A DNA stretch of 64,000 bases. Origin: Mytilus edulis. Taxonomy: Eukaryota. Position numbers and translations under genes: made by a program. The notes beneath the pieces were generated by a model. That model saw only the letters and a list, made by a program, of their open reading frames with translations. It was not told the DNA's origin and did no database searches. The stretch spans positions 18,042,001-18,106,000 of the forward strand of contig NC_092355.1 of NCBI RefSeq assembly GCF_963676685.1, written 5' to 3'. Positions 13,791-26,792 of this stretch are shown piece after piece (positions within the stretch are counted from its first letter, which is position 1; each line of letters opens with the position of its first letter).

Positions 13791-13939
13791 CTTTCTATAA
13801 ATTTTGGGCTATGTCTAGTCACACAAACAAGCTTATATTCCTTTGGTGGGTCTGACATTTTAAAACCTTTGTGAAATATTCTGTCTAATTGTCCTTGAGT
13901 TCACCCACTAACACATATGATTAATTTCTTTTCTTTCAG

Positions 13940-14074
13940 TATCGTAGTAAATGGGCGCTTTACAGAAAGTGCAATTAAGGTTTGCCTTTTACCACACCAG
14001 CAGCATTCCTTTCATGAGACAGCTAAAGCCATAGCGGAAAAAGTTGCAGATAGTTTAAACTACCGGTGTGACGA
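13940..14074 (+). CDS. DCDC2: DCX domain N-half, alternative exon A (IVVNGRFTESAIKVCLLPHQQHSFHETAKAIAEKVADSLNYRCD)
   Basis: ttctttcag acceptor, GA|gtgagt donor, 135 nt, phase 2-2. Contains the DCX 'I.v..NG' motif. Confidence 0.85.
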
Positions 14075-14110
14075 GTGAGTAATTATCATTCATAAACTTG
14101 TTAATTTCAG

Positions 14111-14245
14111 AGTTTTCGTTAATGGGCAGGATATTGATAAGCCAACTACGGTTGGATTGTCTTATCGACAGTTGGAAAATATGACTGAGGCAATAAAGGT
14201 TGTTCACGAGGCCATTAGAGAGAAGCATCAGTATCGGGTCGATCA
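14111..14245 (+). CDS. DCDC2: DCX domain N-half, alternative exon B (VFVNGQDIDKPTTVGLSYRQLENMTEAIKVVHEAIREKHQYRVD)
   Basis: ttaatttcag acceptor, CA|gtaagt donor, 135 nt, phase 2-2. Colinear without gaps with exon A. Confidence 0.85.
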
Positions 14246-15203
14246 GTAAGTAGAACACAGACAGGCTTTCCATGTTGTTATATCACCCTAGGTTTTTGGG
14301 CTTTATAAACTGTTTTCCGATCAGAACCAAATTTGACTCTTCAAAATTAGTTTTTATATTTTTTTTACCAAACCATCAAATATTTGGTGAGAAAACAGTT
14401 TATTATCTAGATGTGACTTTCAATTTTCTACTGAGCTTTTCTTGTGTACACCTTTTTTCTGCTTTGATCAATATGTGGAATATTCACTGAATAATTTTAT
14501 ATTGTTGCACAGAAGTTATGGTGTAAAAAGTTAAAATTTATACTATTGTGAGATAAAAAAAATTCTGTGTGGTTAAAGAATAGTCAGATTTTTTTTACAT
14601 GTGATGAGATTTTCTAGGATTAAAGCCTTATTGGTCAAAATGTCATCTGGATTTTAGAATCAGTTGGATCAAAATGTTACAGGCTTGTGAGGATAAATTC
14701 ATTATGACGCCTCCGGATGCTGGTGATTTCTTGCTACATAGAAGACTCATAGGTGGCCTTCGGCTGTTGTCTACTCTATGGTCAGGTTGTTGTTGCTTTG
14801 ACACATACGCCATTTCCATTCTCAATTTTATTGGTGTGTTAAAAAAATATTCTACATCAAGTTTCCAATTCTTAGAATTCCATGTGTGAAATATCAGGTT
14901 TTAAAGGAAAAAAACAGGTGACACAAGTTAATATTCAAAGAATCTAGGTCAGATGGACATTACAGAAGTGCTGACTTTATAAAGATGAGATTTCTTACAT
15001 CAGAGAGTGCTAGATGTAAGTTGTGATAGAATTAAAGAGTGAAATTTGACCAACCCATGCTGCATTAGGCAGGGATCATACTTCTCTTTTCTACATCCAC
15101 AAAATTGCTTAATAATTCACTATTATCTATTATATGTGCACATCTGATTTCAGAGAACGCAAGTTGTATCATTGAATTTCCTCAAGTTGCAGTTTTAATG
15201 CAT

Positions 15204-15392
15204 GAGGGGCCTGATGGGGGTCTCATCATGATTCACAAGTTGATTTTTTTGTCAATCATGATTCACAGAAAATAAATTTCCAGGATCACGGATCACGAAA
15301 ATATAAAAAGAGTAATAAATCTGTAGAAAAACGGATCACGATAGCGAAAATGCGCCGATCACGAAGAACGAAAATAACCCATCAGACCCCTC
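15204..15392. mobile_element. Small MITE with 6-bp ATGCAT flanks
   Basis: gaggggcctgatggg...cccatcagacccctc, ATGCAT on both sides, internal gatcacg repeats. Confidence 0.7.
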
Positions 15393-15997
15393 ATGCATAT
15401 GTTAAGCTGATTCATAACCACACCTCTTTTTGGGAGATATTTTATATTCTTAATTTGATATTTTTGTTTACCAACTGGTTCCAAATGTGTTTTTTGGGGC
15501 TTAGCTTTCATATTTTCTTGTAATATGCTAAGGAGAACTATGGGTGCCTCTTGGAGCAAACACTGGTCACCATTCTGTAGAACCTGCATTCATAGAGATG
15601 CTTTATGTCAATGAGAAGGCAACCACATGACACCATCTGATTAAAATGGAGTAAGTTCAGTCTAAAATGGTGAGGACAAAGATGCATCAACCTGTAAAAT
15701 GTTGTATCAACTGGACCAAGATATTGATCTTTTTATAGCAAAAGTCAAAAACTAATCTAACTTTGATGTCATTTCCTTGCTCAATTTTGTAATGGAGACC
15801 ACAAAGGTTCTTATTGAAAACACATGTTCATTATAATGTTTACTTTATAAAACATATACCACACAAGTGTTCACATCAAGATTTTGTTGTTCACATTATA
15901 TTGAAATGTGAAAGTAAGACCAGGACTTGATTCACATTATATTGAAATGTGAAGCAAGATGAGGACATGGTTCATTTTATATTCTATTTCTTTTTAG

Positions 15998-16156
15998 GAT
16001 CTGTGATTTAGAGGGACATGTTGTAACAGATGTTAACCAATTAGAAACTGGAGGACTTTACGTAGCCAAAAATTCCTATCACACATTCAAACCGGGTAGA
16101 TACGAACCTCATGGGCGTAAAAATATTATTGTTCCATTATCACCTAGAGACAAACA
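15998..16156 (+). CDS. DCDC2: DCX domain C-half (ICDLEGHVVTDVNQLETGGLYVAKNSYHTFKPGRY...)
   Basis: tttttag acceptor, CA|gtaagt donor, 159 nt, phase 2-2. Matches the DCX consensus 'ly.l.G..v.....l..g..YVA....F....Y'. Confidence 0.9.
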
Positions 16157-16466
16157 GTAAGTCTATTATTTTGTTTATATTGCAAGAAAGCTGGTAAATT
16201 TAAACTAATTGTAAAGTATATAAGTCTGTGAAATTAGAATCTAACAATACAGCCGAAGATCAAACTGATGGATTGTTTTTAGTATTATAATTTACTAATA
16301 CATTAAAATAACCCTTAAAGCTAAAAGATGGGTCTGAGACCAATATGTAAAGCAAATCTAAAATAGAATAAATTTAACAGTTTGAAGAAATTCAGTGTTG
16401 ACTTGTGAGTAAAGATAGGCAATTATAATACTACAAGATATTAAATATTAAATCTTTCTTTTTCAG

Positions 16467-16493
16467 ACAAACTAAATACTTATGGAAAGAAAG
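16467..16493 (+). CDS. DCDC2: 27-nt microexon (QTKYLWKE)
   Basis: tctttctttttcag acceptor, AAG|gtaaga donor, phase 2-2, open frame. Confidence 0.75.
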
Positions 16494-16759
16494 GTAAGAT
16501 ATGATTAATATTATCTTTATTTTTTTTCTTGCTTCTTTTTTTTTTTTGGATTAGAACTAGTAACCTTTGCTGTAGCCTAGCTAACTTGAAGCAGAAGAAT
16601 ATTGTTATGACTGGTTTGTCTGTCCAAACTTATCTTAAATAGTTAAACAACTAACTTGATTTCAGTGATAAGGTATAGTGGTGTTGTTATTCTAATAATC
16701 ATAGCTAACTAATTCTGCTGAGAAACATACTATCCAAATAGTCAATAGTTTCAATCTTA

Positions 16760-17077
16760 TGCCTCGTTCACACGTACATTTAATTGGAATTGAATTTGAA
16801 TCGAATGCCAATTGAATTCGCTAATCGCGTTCACACACTTCTTTTTTAATTCGAAATGATTCAAATTGGCTAATTTAAATTAACTAATTCGCATTAGAAA
16901 TACACGTTTTGTTAATACGAATTAAAAGTTGACATCGTTAGGACAATAAAGCGAATTTGACGCGCATTTCAATTCGAAATTAGAATTGACGTTTGGACGT
17001 TAAACGTTTCAAATGCGAATTAAACTAATTCGAATTAGTGAATGCAAATCCAATTCAAATTATGTGTGAACTCAGCA
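16760..17077 (-). mobile_element. TWA-flanked MITE, inverted copy of 9418-9742
   Basis: Reverse-complement similarity checked at both ends. TTA on both sides. Confidence 0.8.
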
Positions 17078-17720
17078 TTAAATAGTCAATCATAAATAGC
17101 ACATAGCAAGACAACAACATTTTGCTGTTTGCTAACATTTTACGAGGTGTTTAGTCAACTGCATAGTTTAAACTGTACAGTTATTTGAATGGTTTTAAAC
17201 TGTACAGTTATTTGCATGGTTTTAAACATCAGCTCTGTATTAATAATTTTGTTAGAAGTTTGGAATTAACCTTAAATTGCTTCTTTTCAAGTTGGGATGA
17301 AATATATATACAAATTGTTTTACCTTAACTGCTGTAAACTCAGAAATTATAACATTAAATGAATAATTTGCAAATGCTGTATACCAAACAATGGTTTATA
17401 AAATTGAAATATGAGTTTGAATTATTGCTGTATGTCTTTTTGCATTCTCTGCAATTATAAGTCATTGCAAAAATTTCTGAACCTGATCTATCTAAATCAC
17501 AGCAAAGAAAAATCATTCTTCCTCCAAAATTCAATTAAAAAGAATTTCAAAGAAAATCATATTTCATATTCATATATACAGTGAAATTTTATTGCAGTGC
17601 AACTATTTTACCTATTGCCAAACTCAGCCAATTTTCTTTTTCATGCAATACATCTATTGCCAAACATGACTGATTGCAGTTTTGCCACAAATTATATTAT
17701 ATATGTACCATTATGTTATA

Positions 17721-17929
17721 CTGTGGATTCATTTCTTTTTGTGAGTATCAATTTTCGTGGATTGCTAAAAACTTACATGTTCATGGATATATGATTTCGG
17801 GGTTTAGCCAATCTCTGTATACAAAGCCTTTTGAAAATATGTTGTTCGTTGAACATTTGAATTCGTTGTTTACCTGTACCCACGTAACCCACGAAAATTG
17901 GTATCCAACGAATAATAATGAATCCACAG
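17721..17929. mobile_element. TA-flanked MITE (Tc1/mariner-like), intact
   Basis: ta|ctgtggattcatt...aatgaatccacag|ta. A degenerate copy lies at ~27234-27440. Confidence 0.85.
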
Positions 17930-19445
17930 TACCAAATTGTGGGTTTGAAAATGCGTTGCATTGCAATAATCTTATGTACTGTGTATATTCGTTTTCATTA
18001 GTTGCATAATTTTAAAATGTATAGCCATGCCGTATTTTTGTCAAACACAGACAGACCAATCAACTTTATATGAAATTTTATCTTTCAAAAAAAACAAACT
18101 TTGGGAATCAGATTGTATTTTGATTTATCAACAATTTGTGTTAGACATTATTAAAAAGCACAATCTCACTGTCCAAATAAATATGTCTGTGTTTGCTCAA
18201 ATGAGATTCATGTTTCGTTAGGAATAGTAGTACTTGTTTTGTAGATCTAAAATTAGAAAGACTAATTCTGTTTTAAATTTTTACCTCAGCTAAAGTTGCT
18301 AGAACTTAATTTTAACATACAATGCATCTAGATTTATTATTACCAGGGTAATGTTCTTTTTTACACAAAGTGGTACTTTTACTGCAGACTTGATTTTCAT
18401 ACTTTTTCTATGACATACTACACAAAAGATTGCAACAGAATTTTGCAAACTTCTCTCAAGGAAGTATTCTTTTTATATAAATTGCTTAGTCATCCTTCAA
18501 AAGGTAATTCTTAATAAAAGTTGGTATTATTGACTTTAGATGCATCATTAGAACTGTGTTGATATCTTGTTACAAATAATTATTTTCTCCTAACTTTAAC
18601 GTATGATATGACAATGATGAAAAGTTCAGAAATCATACTTGGTAGCAAATTGATCATATTTGTAACTAGATAACATTGTTAAAGATAATCTGTTCTGCAA
18701 TGTATCTTTTATATCCGTCTTTGATAAATTGTACACTGGAAGTAAGAAAAGAAGGTAAATGTTGAAATTTTCATGCTGTATTTAATTTATTTAATTTATT
18801 ATTATAATTTCCTATTGAAATAAGAATCAAACTTTTTTTTATGTTTTGCAAATGTTGGCAAATTTGAAACTCCTTAACTTCAATACAAAAAGCTAATGAA
18901 TAATATGTCATACTTTATTTTTAAATATTTTACTGAATTTCATGTAGTGAATAAGTATAAATTGCAGAACAGAACAGAATAGTCTATTTGTGTAACTCAT
19001 GATGTTTTTTGTAATAAAGCTATTGCCTAATTATTGTATACCATTTTGTTGGATGTGCTTACATTAACTGTCATAATTATCTCCCCTTAGTATGAAAATG
19101 GGAGATAATTAATTGGTTGTTAGGAAGAAGCTACAGAATTGTGTCCCCTAGATATACACATTTAATATGAGTAAATCCATTTATATAATAGAAAGACGAA
19201 AATCATTGGCTGTTTAAACAAATCTTACTTTTTACAATAAAAAGTTATTCTTATACTCAATTTGTAACGTTTTTCTCAAAGCCACAGATATTTTAATGAT
19301 TTTCAACAAAAAAGTAGGTAATTCTTTGTCCAAAGAGAAGGATTTTCTGAAATTCCTAACAGTTTTTATGTCAACAAAATGGTATACCATACATACATCA
19401 GTAGATTTCATTCACATTCTATCGTCATTTTCTTCTGTGATATAG

Positions 19446-19484
19446 ATCTACTTTTGGCGGACCATCGGATTACAGAAGACCTAG
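19446..19484 (+). CDS. DCDC2: 39-nt cassette exon (STFGGPSDYRRP)
   Basis: Pyrimidine tract plus atag acceptor, TAG|gtaatt donor, phase 2-2, GC-rich island, TGCATG 9 nt downstream. Confidence 0.65.
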   Translation: MYFWRTIGLQKT

Positions 19485-19516
19485 GTAATTCATGCATGTC
19501 ATTCTTATTTGCAACA

Positions 19517-19530
19517 GTTGCCATGGTAAC
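19517..19530. promoter_or_regulatory. RFX X-box
   Basis: GTTGCCATGGTAAC matches the X-box consensus GTNRCC-AT-RGYAAC. Confidence 0.6.
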
Positions 19531-21308
19531 ATTTCCATAATGAGAAGAAGAAAAAATCTGCTAAAACAAAATGATTTTTGCAAACTTAAAATTTTTAATT
19601 TATACTTTAAATTAGGGTTTCAACAAAAGTGCATATTTTATAACTGTTGTGACTGTTGCAGATAAATTGAAATTTTAATGGTGCACATTTTGTTGTTTGT
19701 GTTGATTTATAACCATGGCAACTAGCATAAGATTAAAAAGGACATTATTTTGTTGTGTAGAGCAGCAGGCAGGTATGATACATCACATCTCTTCCTAGAA
19801 CCTTGCAATTATAAAACATATCCTATTTTCTGTTTATTATTATATATTTAAAAGCTAAAGTTTACAATTCATTTAAGCTAAAGTTCATAATTCATTAAAG
19901 CTAAAGTTCACATATATCATTAAAGCTAAAGCTAAGATTCACATATCATTAAAACTGAAGCTAAAATTCACAATTCATTAAAATAATTATGTTATGTATT
20001 ATTTTTAAATTTTATAATGTAATTGGTTTATGCACTATTTCAACTTTATCTTATTTGGGAAGGCTATAGTTTATTCTAAGTATTGGCAAAAGTTTTCTTA
20101 AAAATAAAAGATTTAGTGGACATCAACTGGTTTTAGACAAACTTGAAGACAAATGAGAAAAAAATTGAGAATTTTGACTAGGATTAGCATATTTTTACTA
20201 GATTTTGGCATGTCTGTAACAGCAACAACTAATTTTTTACTTGATTTTGGCACAGGCTTATCATGGTTGAACGATACACACTGATCACTATGTGATGTAT
20301 TGATTGATCACATAAGGCAGCATTAGTAGTCACCTCCCCACTTACTAAGAATAATGTCTTCATAAATTCTGGGGCTATTTTTTTTGGTGTGTGGATTTTG
20401 CCTTATTAGGCATGCTTTAAAAAGGTTTTAAGGATTTTCTTAATGTTTTTTAATTCAGGGTTTGGAAAAGTCATTATTTGGTTCTAATTCACATCACACA
20501 TTATTTACAAATGTATCATTTCACATATAATATATTTGTGTATTTGCTTAATCAAGGATTTGTATAGTCTCATTATTATTCCTATACACATTCTTGGTTA
20601 ATTTCAAAAACTTGTTTTACCTAAATTTGTTATCAGACTAAAAACTCGTATTAAAGGTCTGTTTAAAAATTATTTGCATTTTCAACAGAGTTTACATTTA
20701 TTAATTGAAATGTGGCAACATGTAAAGTTTTTGCTCTCTCTTCGGTGTTCTGTTTAAAATTATTGGACTTTTTTTAAAGGGAGATAATTTATGTATAACT
20801 TAATAGAAATATACATAAACAATTCAATAATCTGCACAGCGAAAACCGTATCATTACTAGTTTACTAGTATAATAATATTGTTTTGTGGTTTAATGGAAT
20901 ATAAGGAGACTAAGTTACATTTGCATGAAAAGTTTTTCTTGTGAATAGCATGTTAATTTTTTCCAGCATTATAATATGCATATTTCTCATAATATAGTAT
21001 AATACCACAGGTCTATAACATACTAATTTTATCATTTAGAAACTTTTTTAAAAGCTGAGAAAATGTTTGGAATTATTTCACTGTTTATGCATAAAAGTGG
21101 GGCAATTAGGTAGTCTCACCGAGACAAGTATTGTTTTCTAAGATACTGTTGTAAAAAAAAATCTGAACTTATCTGTACCATTATATAAATTAAGAAGAAA
21201 AAAAAGATATTGGACGGATTACACAAACAAACATCTCATGAAAAACATTTTGTTTGTTGGTTGGTGTTTCTATCCAATTTCAGCTCCCTTGACAATACTA
21301 TGTAAATA

Positions 21309-21565
21309 TAAAAAAGAAGATGTGAAATGATTGCCAATGAGACAACTATTCACAAAAGACCAAAATGACACAGACATTAACAACTATAGGTCACCGTACG
21401 GCCTTCAACAATGAGCAAAGCCCATACCGCATAGTCAGCTATAATAGGCCCCGATAAGACAATGTAAAACAGTTCAAACGAGAAAACTAACGGCCTTATT
21501 TATGTAAAAAAATAAACGAAAAACAAATATGTAACACATAAACAAACGACAACCACTGAATTACA
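21309..21565. mobile_element. SINE-like repeat, inverted orientation, well preserved
   Basis: aaaagaagatgt...tgccaatgagacaact...ggccttcaacaatgagcaaa. Confidence 0.75.
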
Positions 21566-21844
21566 GTGAAAGCCAGTTATTGATGCAGGAAGTTTATTAA
21601 AGTTCCTGAAGAGAAGCACCAACCGTTATTAATTGAGATTTGAGCCCAACAGACACCAGTGCCAGATGTATTGTTGAAACTCACAACATCAGAGATGTAA
21701 AGATAGTGATCACTAAAGAGGAAATACTTAAGAGTCTAAGACTACTTGGTTACCAGGGGCCCTGCCCACCTCTCCTTAATAAAATACAAGAAAATAACAA
21801 AAAGTTCAAAAGAATAGTGCTTTTAAAATCTTTGTACATCTAAT

Positions 21845-22050
21845 TAGAAGCCAGAAGTCCTTAAAAATGAACTAGAAAATCCCACATCTTACAGCACAGC
21901 TAGGATGGGTGACAACTTTAATGGAAACTCTGGGATTTATAATCTTTGACCATTTAATAAGAAGCCAGAAGTCCTAAAAAAAGAACTATAAAATCTCACA
22001 TCTTACAGCACAGTTAGTTGGGTGTCGTCTTTAATGGAGACTCTGAATTT
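21845..22050. repeat. ~115-bp direct duplication
   Basis: agaagccagaagtcct...cacatcttacagcacag occurs twice. Confidence 0.75.
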
Positions 22051-24129
22051 TATTGAATAAAGCTAACCTACACTCGTCATTGAAGAAATATATATACACA
22101 TGTATGCAGTAATAGGTACACTGCAGTAATATGAGAAAGCTTTCACTATCAGTTACTGAAATTATATGTAATTTTTATCTGATTGACTTTCACAAAAGTG
22201 AATTTTGATCTTTTCAACTTGTTTGAAGCAGGTTTTATCTCATTGAATTTAAATAGGTAAAATACAAGACAAGATCAACTCTTATATAAAGATTATTTAG
22301 TTAAAGGGTCCTTTCCCAAGTTAACTAGCATACCGAATAATTTTCATTCAATTGACATGTCGTTATAAAATGAAATTTGAATTCGCTTTTTAGAATTATG
22401 ATTTCTGTGCTTTTTGTGATAAAATACAACAGGTTTAAATTACTGTGAAAAGATAAATGTTAATTCTTAATTTATTTACATAAAAGACTTAAAACAGTTT
22501 TTCGGGCTACTATATCGTCATTTTACTGTACAAACAAAACTCTATTGAAAAGTGAAAAATATTACACCTACTTTTGAAGGTTTGACAGAAAAATTAAAGA
22601 CTGATAAATAAACTTTTTGTATGTCTTTTTTCCCAACAAGGTCTTTTTAATTCTTAGGCGACAACATTTTTGTTTTCTTTAAATGGTTTATAACTTTGAC
22701 ATTGATCCTTATAATTTTGTACGAATGAAATAAAGAAGATGACGGTCGTTGCTATGATGAATTTTCCATTGTAAACAAATTAAGGATGCATAAAAAAAGT
22801 CTGACATTCCAAGGAATAATGTTTCGTTCTTTCTTCATTGCAATTCTATGGTTTCTGCTTGCATGCTTTAAGTATCGATTGAGTAAGAATTGAAATTAAT
22901 TATGAATTTAAAGATCTGATTGAAAATGACTTAAAAGAATTTGTCATCTATTGATTGACAAAAAAATCTGTTAGGATTTTTTTAGCATCATTAACCATGC
23001 TGTTTAAAGAGTATGATAACTTTTGATTTCAATACTTCTGTAGTAGTTAAAGGACCATATAATATGGTTTACAACACTCAAATATAATAATGTCAATCCA
23101 ATTTAATTACTTCCCTTGTTTAAGTAACCGACTTGTTACTAAGGACGTGTGATGGGAAAATGAAGTCATATTTATCTCCCCTTTTTAAACGGTTAAATAA
23201 GTGAGCAGGTACCGTCACACCCAAATTATAGGCTTTAGGATAAATGAAAATTATTTCCCCTTTTTAAACTGTTAAATAAGTGAGCAGTTACCATCACACC
23301 CATATTATAGGCTTTGTTGATAAATGGAAATTAAGTTACATTGACAGCTCAAAGAAGTTTGAAACTGTAACTATAAGAATAAATAACAATTCCAAATAGG
23401 AAAGTATTATATTGACAACCATTGTTAGAGTAAATACTCTGTAAAGATAATTATCTGAAGATTATAATCTTTTCATGTTTTGTCTGCAGCGAGAGGAAAT
23501 GTGAAGTTTAAGATTTTTTTTAAATCATACCATTTAGACATGACTAAATGTAAAATATAAATTGGAAAATATGAAAATTATAATTGACATTTTCTTAACA
23601 ATTGAAATATTGTTTCCATGATTAATACTTTGAAGTTGTCAGATTGTGAAATGTAGTTTTCATTGGTACAATAGGGCGTTTTTCCCTCTAAGTTTAATTC
23701 CAATATATGAAAGGACCTAACTTTGTTGTTATTTGATTATTTAATTACACAATAATTAAATTTTTGCTTTTCTTTTTAAAATTTCTGTGCCTTTATGAGT
23801 TACCCACACCTTGATGCAATAAATTGACTTTTTGATCACAGACCATTGTTTTATTACACATCATTAAACTAGAAAATAAATAATGTCGCAAATTACCAAG
23901 GAATTCAGTCAGTACTTGGTTAATTGGACTGTCGCAGTCGTAAAAAGGATGTTATTTTTTTCACAAATCTCAACTTTAGTCAGTACATGGTTAATTCAAT
24001 AATTGGACTGTTGCAGTCATAAAAAGGATGTTATTTTTTTTGCTTTAAAAACATATTTACAGGAAAATGTATCGATTTGGAATAACCAAAGTACTGTTTG
24101 TGCTAAGGACCAGTTGATACAAATCGTAA

Positions 24130-24620
24130 AACTGCAATTGAAAGTGTCACTTTTAATCCTTTTACGTAATTGCAAAATACTTTTTGGAAAACATTTGTTT
24201 TTATTTTACCTTATGACGCAGGGTCTGATAAAAAAGAAATAAAGTCTTCAACTTAAAAATTAGCTTTATTTTACGGATTAAAGAAAACTGAAAATGAAAG
24301 TGTCACTTTTAATCCTTTTACGTAATTGTAAAATACTTTTTTTAGTTTTGTCTGGAATTAATCCAAATGGAAAACTAAAGTTTTTAATTTTCTTTATGAC
24401 GCAGCTACTGATGAAAAAGAAATAAAGTCTAAGCTTTTATTCAAGAAATAAATATAAACTGAAATTGAAAATGTAACTTTTAAGCCTTTTTTGTAATTGA
24501 GAAATACTTTGTTTTCGATTTCGTCTTTGAAAATAGTTCAAACGGAAAACAATTGTTCTTATTTTACTATTTGATGGCACTTTTTGACACAACTTTTCTA
24601 TCTAAAGGGAAATAAAATCT
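24130..24620. repeat. Degenerate ~160-bp tandem triplication
   Basis: gaaagtgtcacttttaatccttt...cgtaattg..aaatacttt three times. Confidence 0.7.
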
Positions 24621-26720
24621 TTAGTTTATTTCTTATTTCAAAAGAATTTCCTTTGTTTATTTCTTCCATACCAGTGGTTTAGTGTCACCATTAAACAAAA
24701 GACATTTAAATATAATTAATGGTATAAAAACAATGGGTTATAAATATATATATGTTGAGGCACTGTAAGGATATTTGTATCTTCAGTAAAATATAATCTT
24801 TCACTTTAAAATTTATTTTGAATTCATAGTTACAAGAACATTTGCAAATGAACTTGTTTCACCACTGTCACAGGTTAGAAGAAGTGTTTGGGTGCTCACA
24901 AACGTATGCTTAACCCTGCCACATTCTGTATGTACCTGTCCTAAGTCAGGAGCCTGTAATTCTGTGGATGTCATTTGTTGCTGTATATCATATTTGTATT
25001 TTTTCTTATTGTTTTGTACATAATTCAGACTGTTAGTTTGAATTATTTTACCGTTGTCAATTGTTGGCCTTTTAAAGCTGGTTTTGGGGTATACGTTTGG
25101 CTCATTGGTGAAGGCCTAAGGTCACTGATGAGTCTTTTGTTGGCAAAACAAATTTTAATCCTAGTATCTATGATGAGTAAAAAAATATTTATTATTAAAT
25201 CGTCAACAACCATTTTCCTCAGTGTACCTCAAAAATCAACATGTATACATTTCGTTTTTTTTTTCAATTTATTTCAAAAGACAATTCTATTAACCTAACA
25301 ATAATCTATGTACAATAAGAAAGAGAAAATCTTTGTATCAATATTTGGTTTAAATTGTCCCGAGTGATCATTATAAATTATTGAAAGAATTGAAATGTTA
25401 AAGTATCTAACGTATTACTATTATAATCGTTCCTCACAAAGAATGTAACTTTAAATCTTTGTATATGGTATATCATGTTCCAAACAAAAGATGTAACTTT
25501 AAATCTTTCTATGTAGTATATCAATGCATGGGACCCTTAAATTGGTCATATGCATTGTTATAGGAATCACTTAAGTTAAAAATTGATTAATTCAGAAACA
25601 TGAATGGTAAACGGTCGTAAATTATGTTGAGACGAGTGGTTCTCATTGTAAAAACTTTGGTATGAGTTTGTAAAAATATGGTATAAGGTGTCAGTTTATC
25701 TGAAGTTAGGATACCATTGTAATGTATGTAAACATTGCGTTTATACGGTCCACTCATTTTATATAGCCTAGACCTGTTTATCATAATTATATATGTGGCA
25801 CCCATATTTATAGCCTAGCCCCTGGTAATCATTACTTTATACGGTCAACCTATTTTATATGATCTAGACCTGTTCACCATAATCATATATGTAGCACCCA
25901 ATTTTATAGCCTAGCCCTGGAAATCATAACTTTCATTGTTGAGTTTCTTGATCATTTTCCTTGTTACAATTTTCTAAAGGTATTTTTAAAGTGAATTTTG
26001 ATTATCCGTATGTTCATAGTAATTATGATAGTAATGTCAATATTGTCTGGGGAAGAATGACAGTAATTTTAAGAAGTTTCACCAGTTAATTATGTGATAT
26101 ATTGATGGGCCGATAGTGATAACTTCCCAAAATTATTTGCTGTCTGAAATGAAATAACCTGAAAAAGCAATTTGATATTCATTTGAAAAAGGAGGTATAT
26201 ATTAGTAGTAATGAACTTTTTTTTTTTTTTTTTTAAAGTGGAACCTTATTATTAAAGCTGTAAAAAAATAAAAGGATACCAAAATGTAAGCTGACATGCT
26301 AAAAAATTAGGATTGCAAGGAAGGCAAATATTTTTTTAACCATTTTAGGCTTGTTTAAACTAGAGAAACAGTCTTATTTTAACAATAGATGCTTTCAAAA
26401 GATATATTTTTTTCATGCCATAGCGAAATTTGTACAAAGAGGACCAGGGTAAATATTTGAAGGTTTAGATCGTTTAGGTATAACCCTTCACTAGGATTTT
26501 TTACCAACGATGTAAAACCCCAATCTCAGTCCTTATCTATATCCCATTCATGACAAACAAACAAACAAGGAATAGCTGCCATTTTAATTTTGTAAAAACA
26601 AGACATTTGTAGTATTCCAAGAGATATCTTCATATTCACAGCTGAATTATTCCACTGCATGTTAGAAAAACTAAATAGTTGATCGATACATTATATCTTG
26701 TTATTATTTTGTAATTTCAG

Positions 26721-26792
26721 AACGCTGCCACCAATAAACAGTCAAAAGAAACACTCACCAGACCATTCTGTTAGTTCATATCCAGAAACTAG
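26721..26792 (+). CDS. DCDC2: 72-nt exon (TLPPINSQKKHSPDHSVSSYPET)
   Basis: aatttcag acceptor, AG|gttagt donor, phase 2-2. Carries the LPPI motif recalled from DCDC2 downstream of DCX2. Confidence 0.8.

Noticed and set aside
17597-18009. Four overlapping short ORFs
   Set aside because: They overlap a palindromic MITE and show no coding features.
21640-21843. 67-aa ORF in intron
   Set aside because: Non-ATG start, no recognisable family, no compatible splice sites found.
23490-23500. Possible 11-nt exon after tgtctgcag
   Set aside because: Weak donor (gtgaag), and it would frameshift between phase-2 neighbours.
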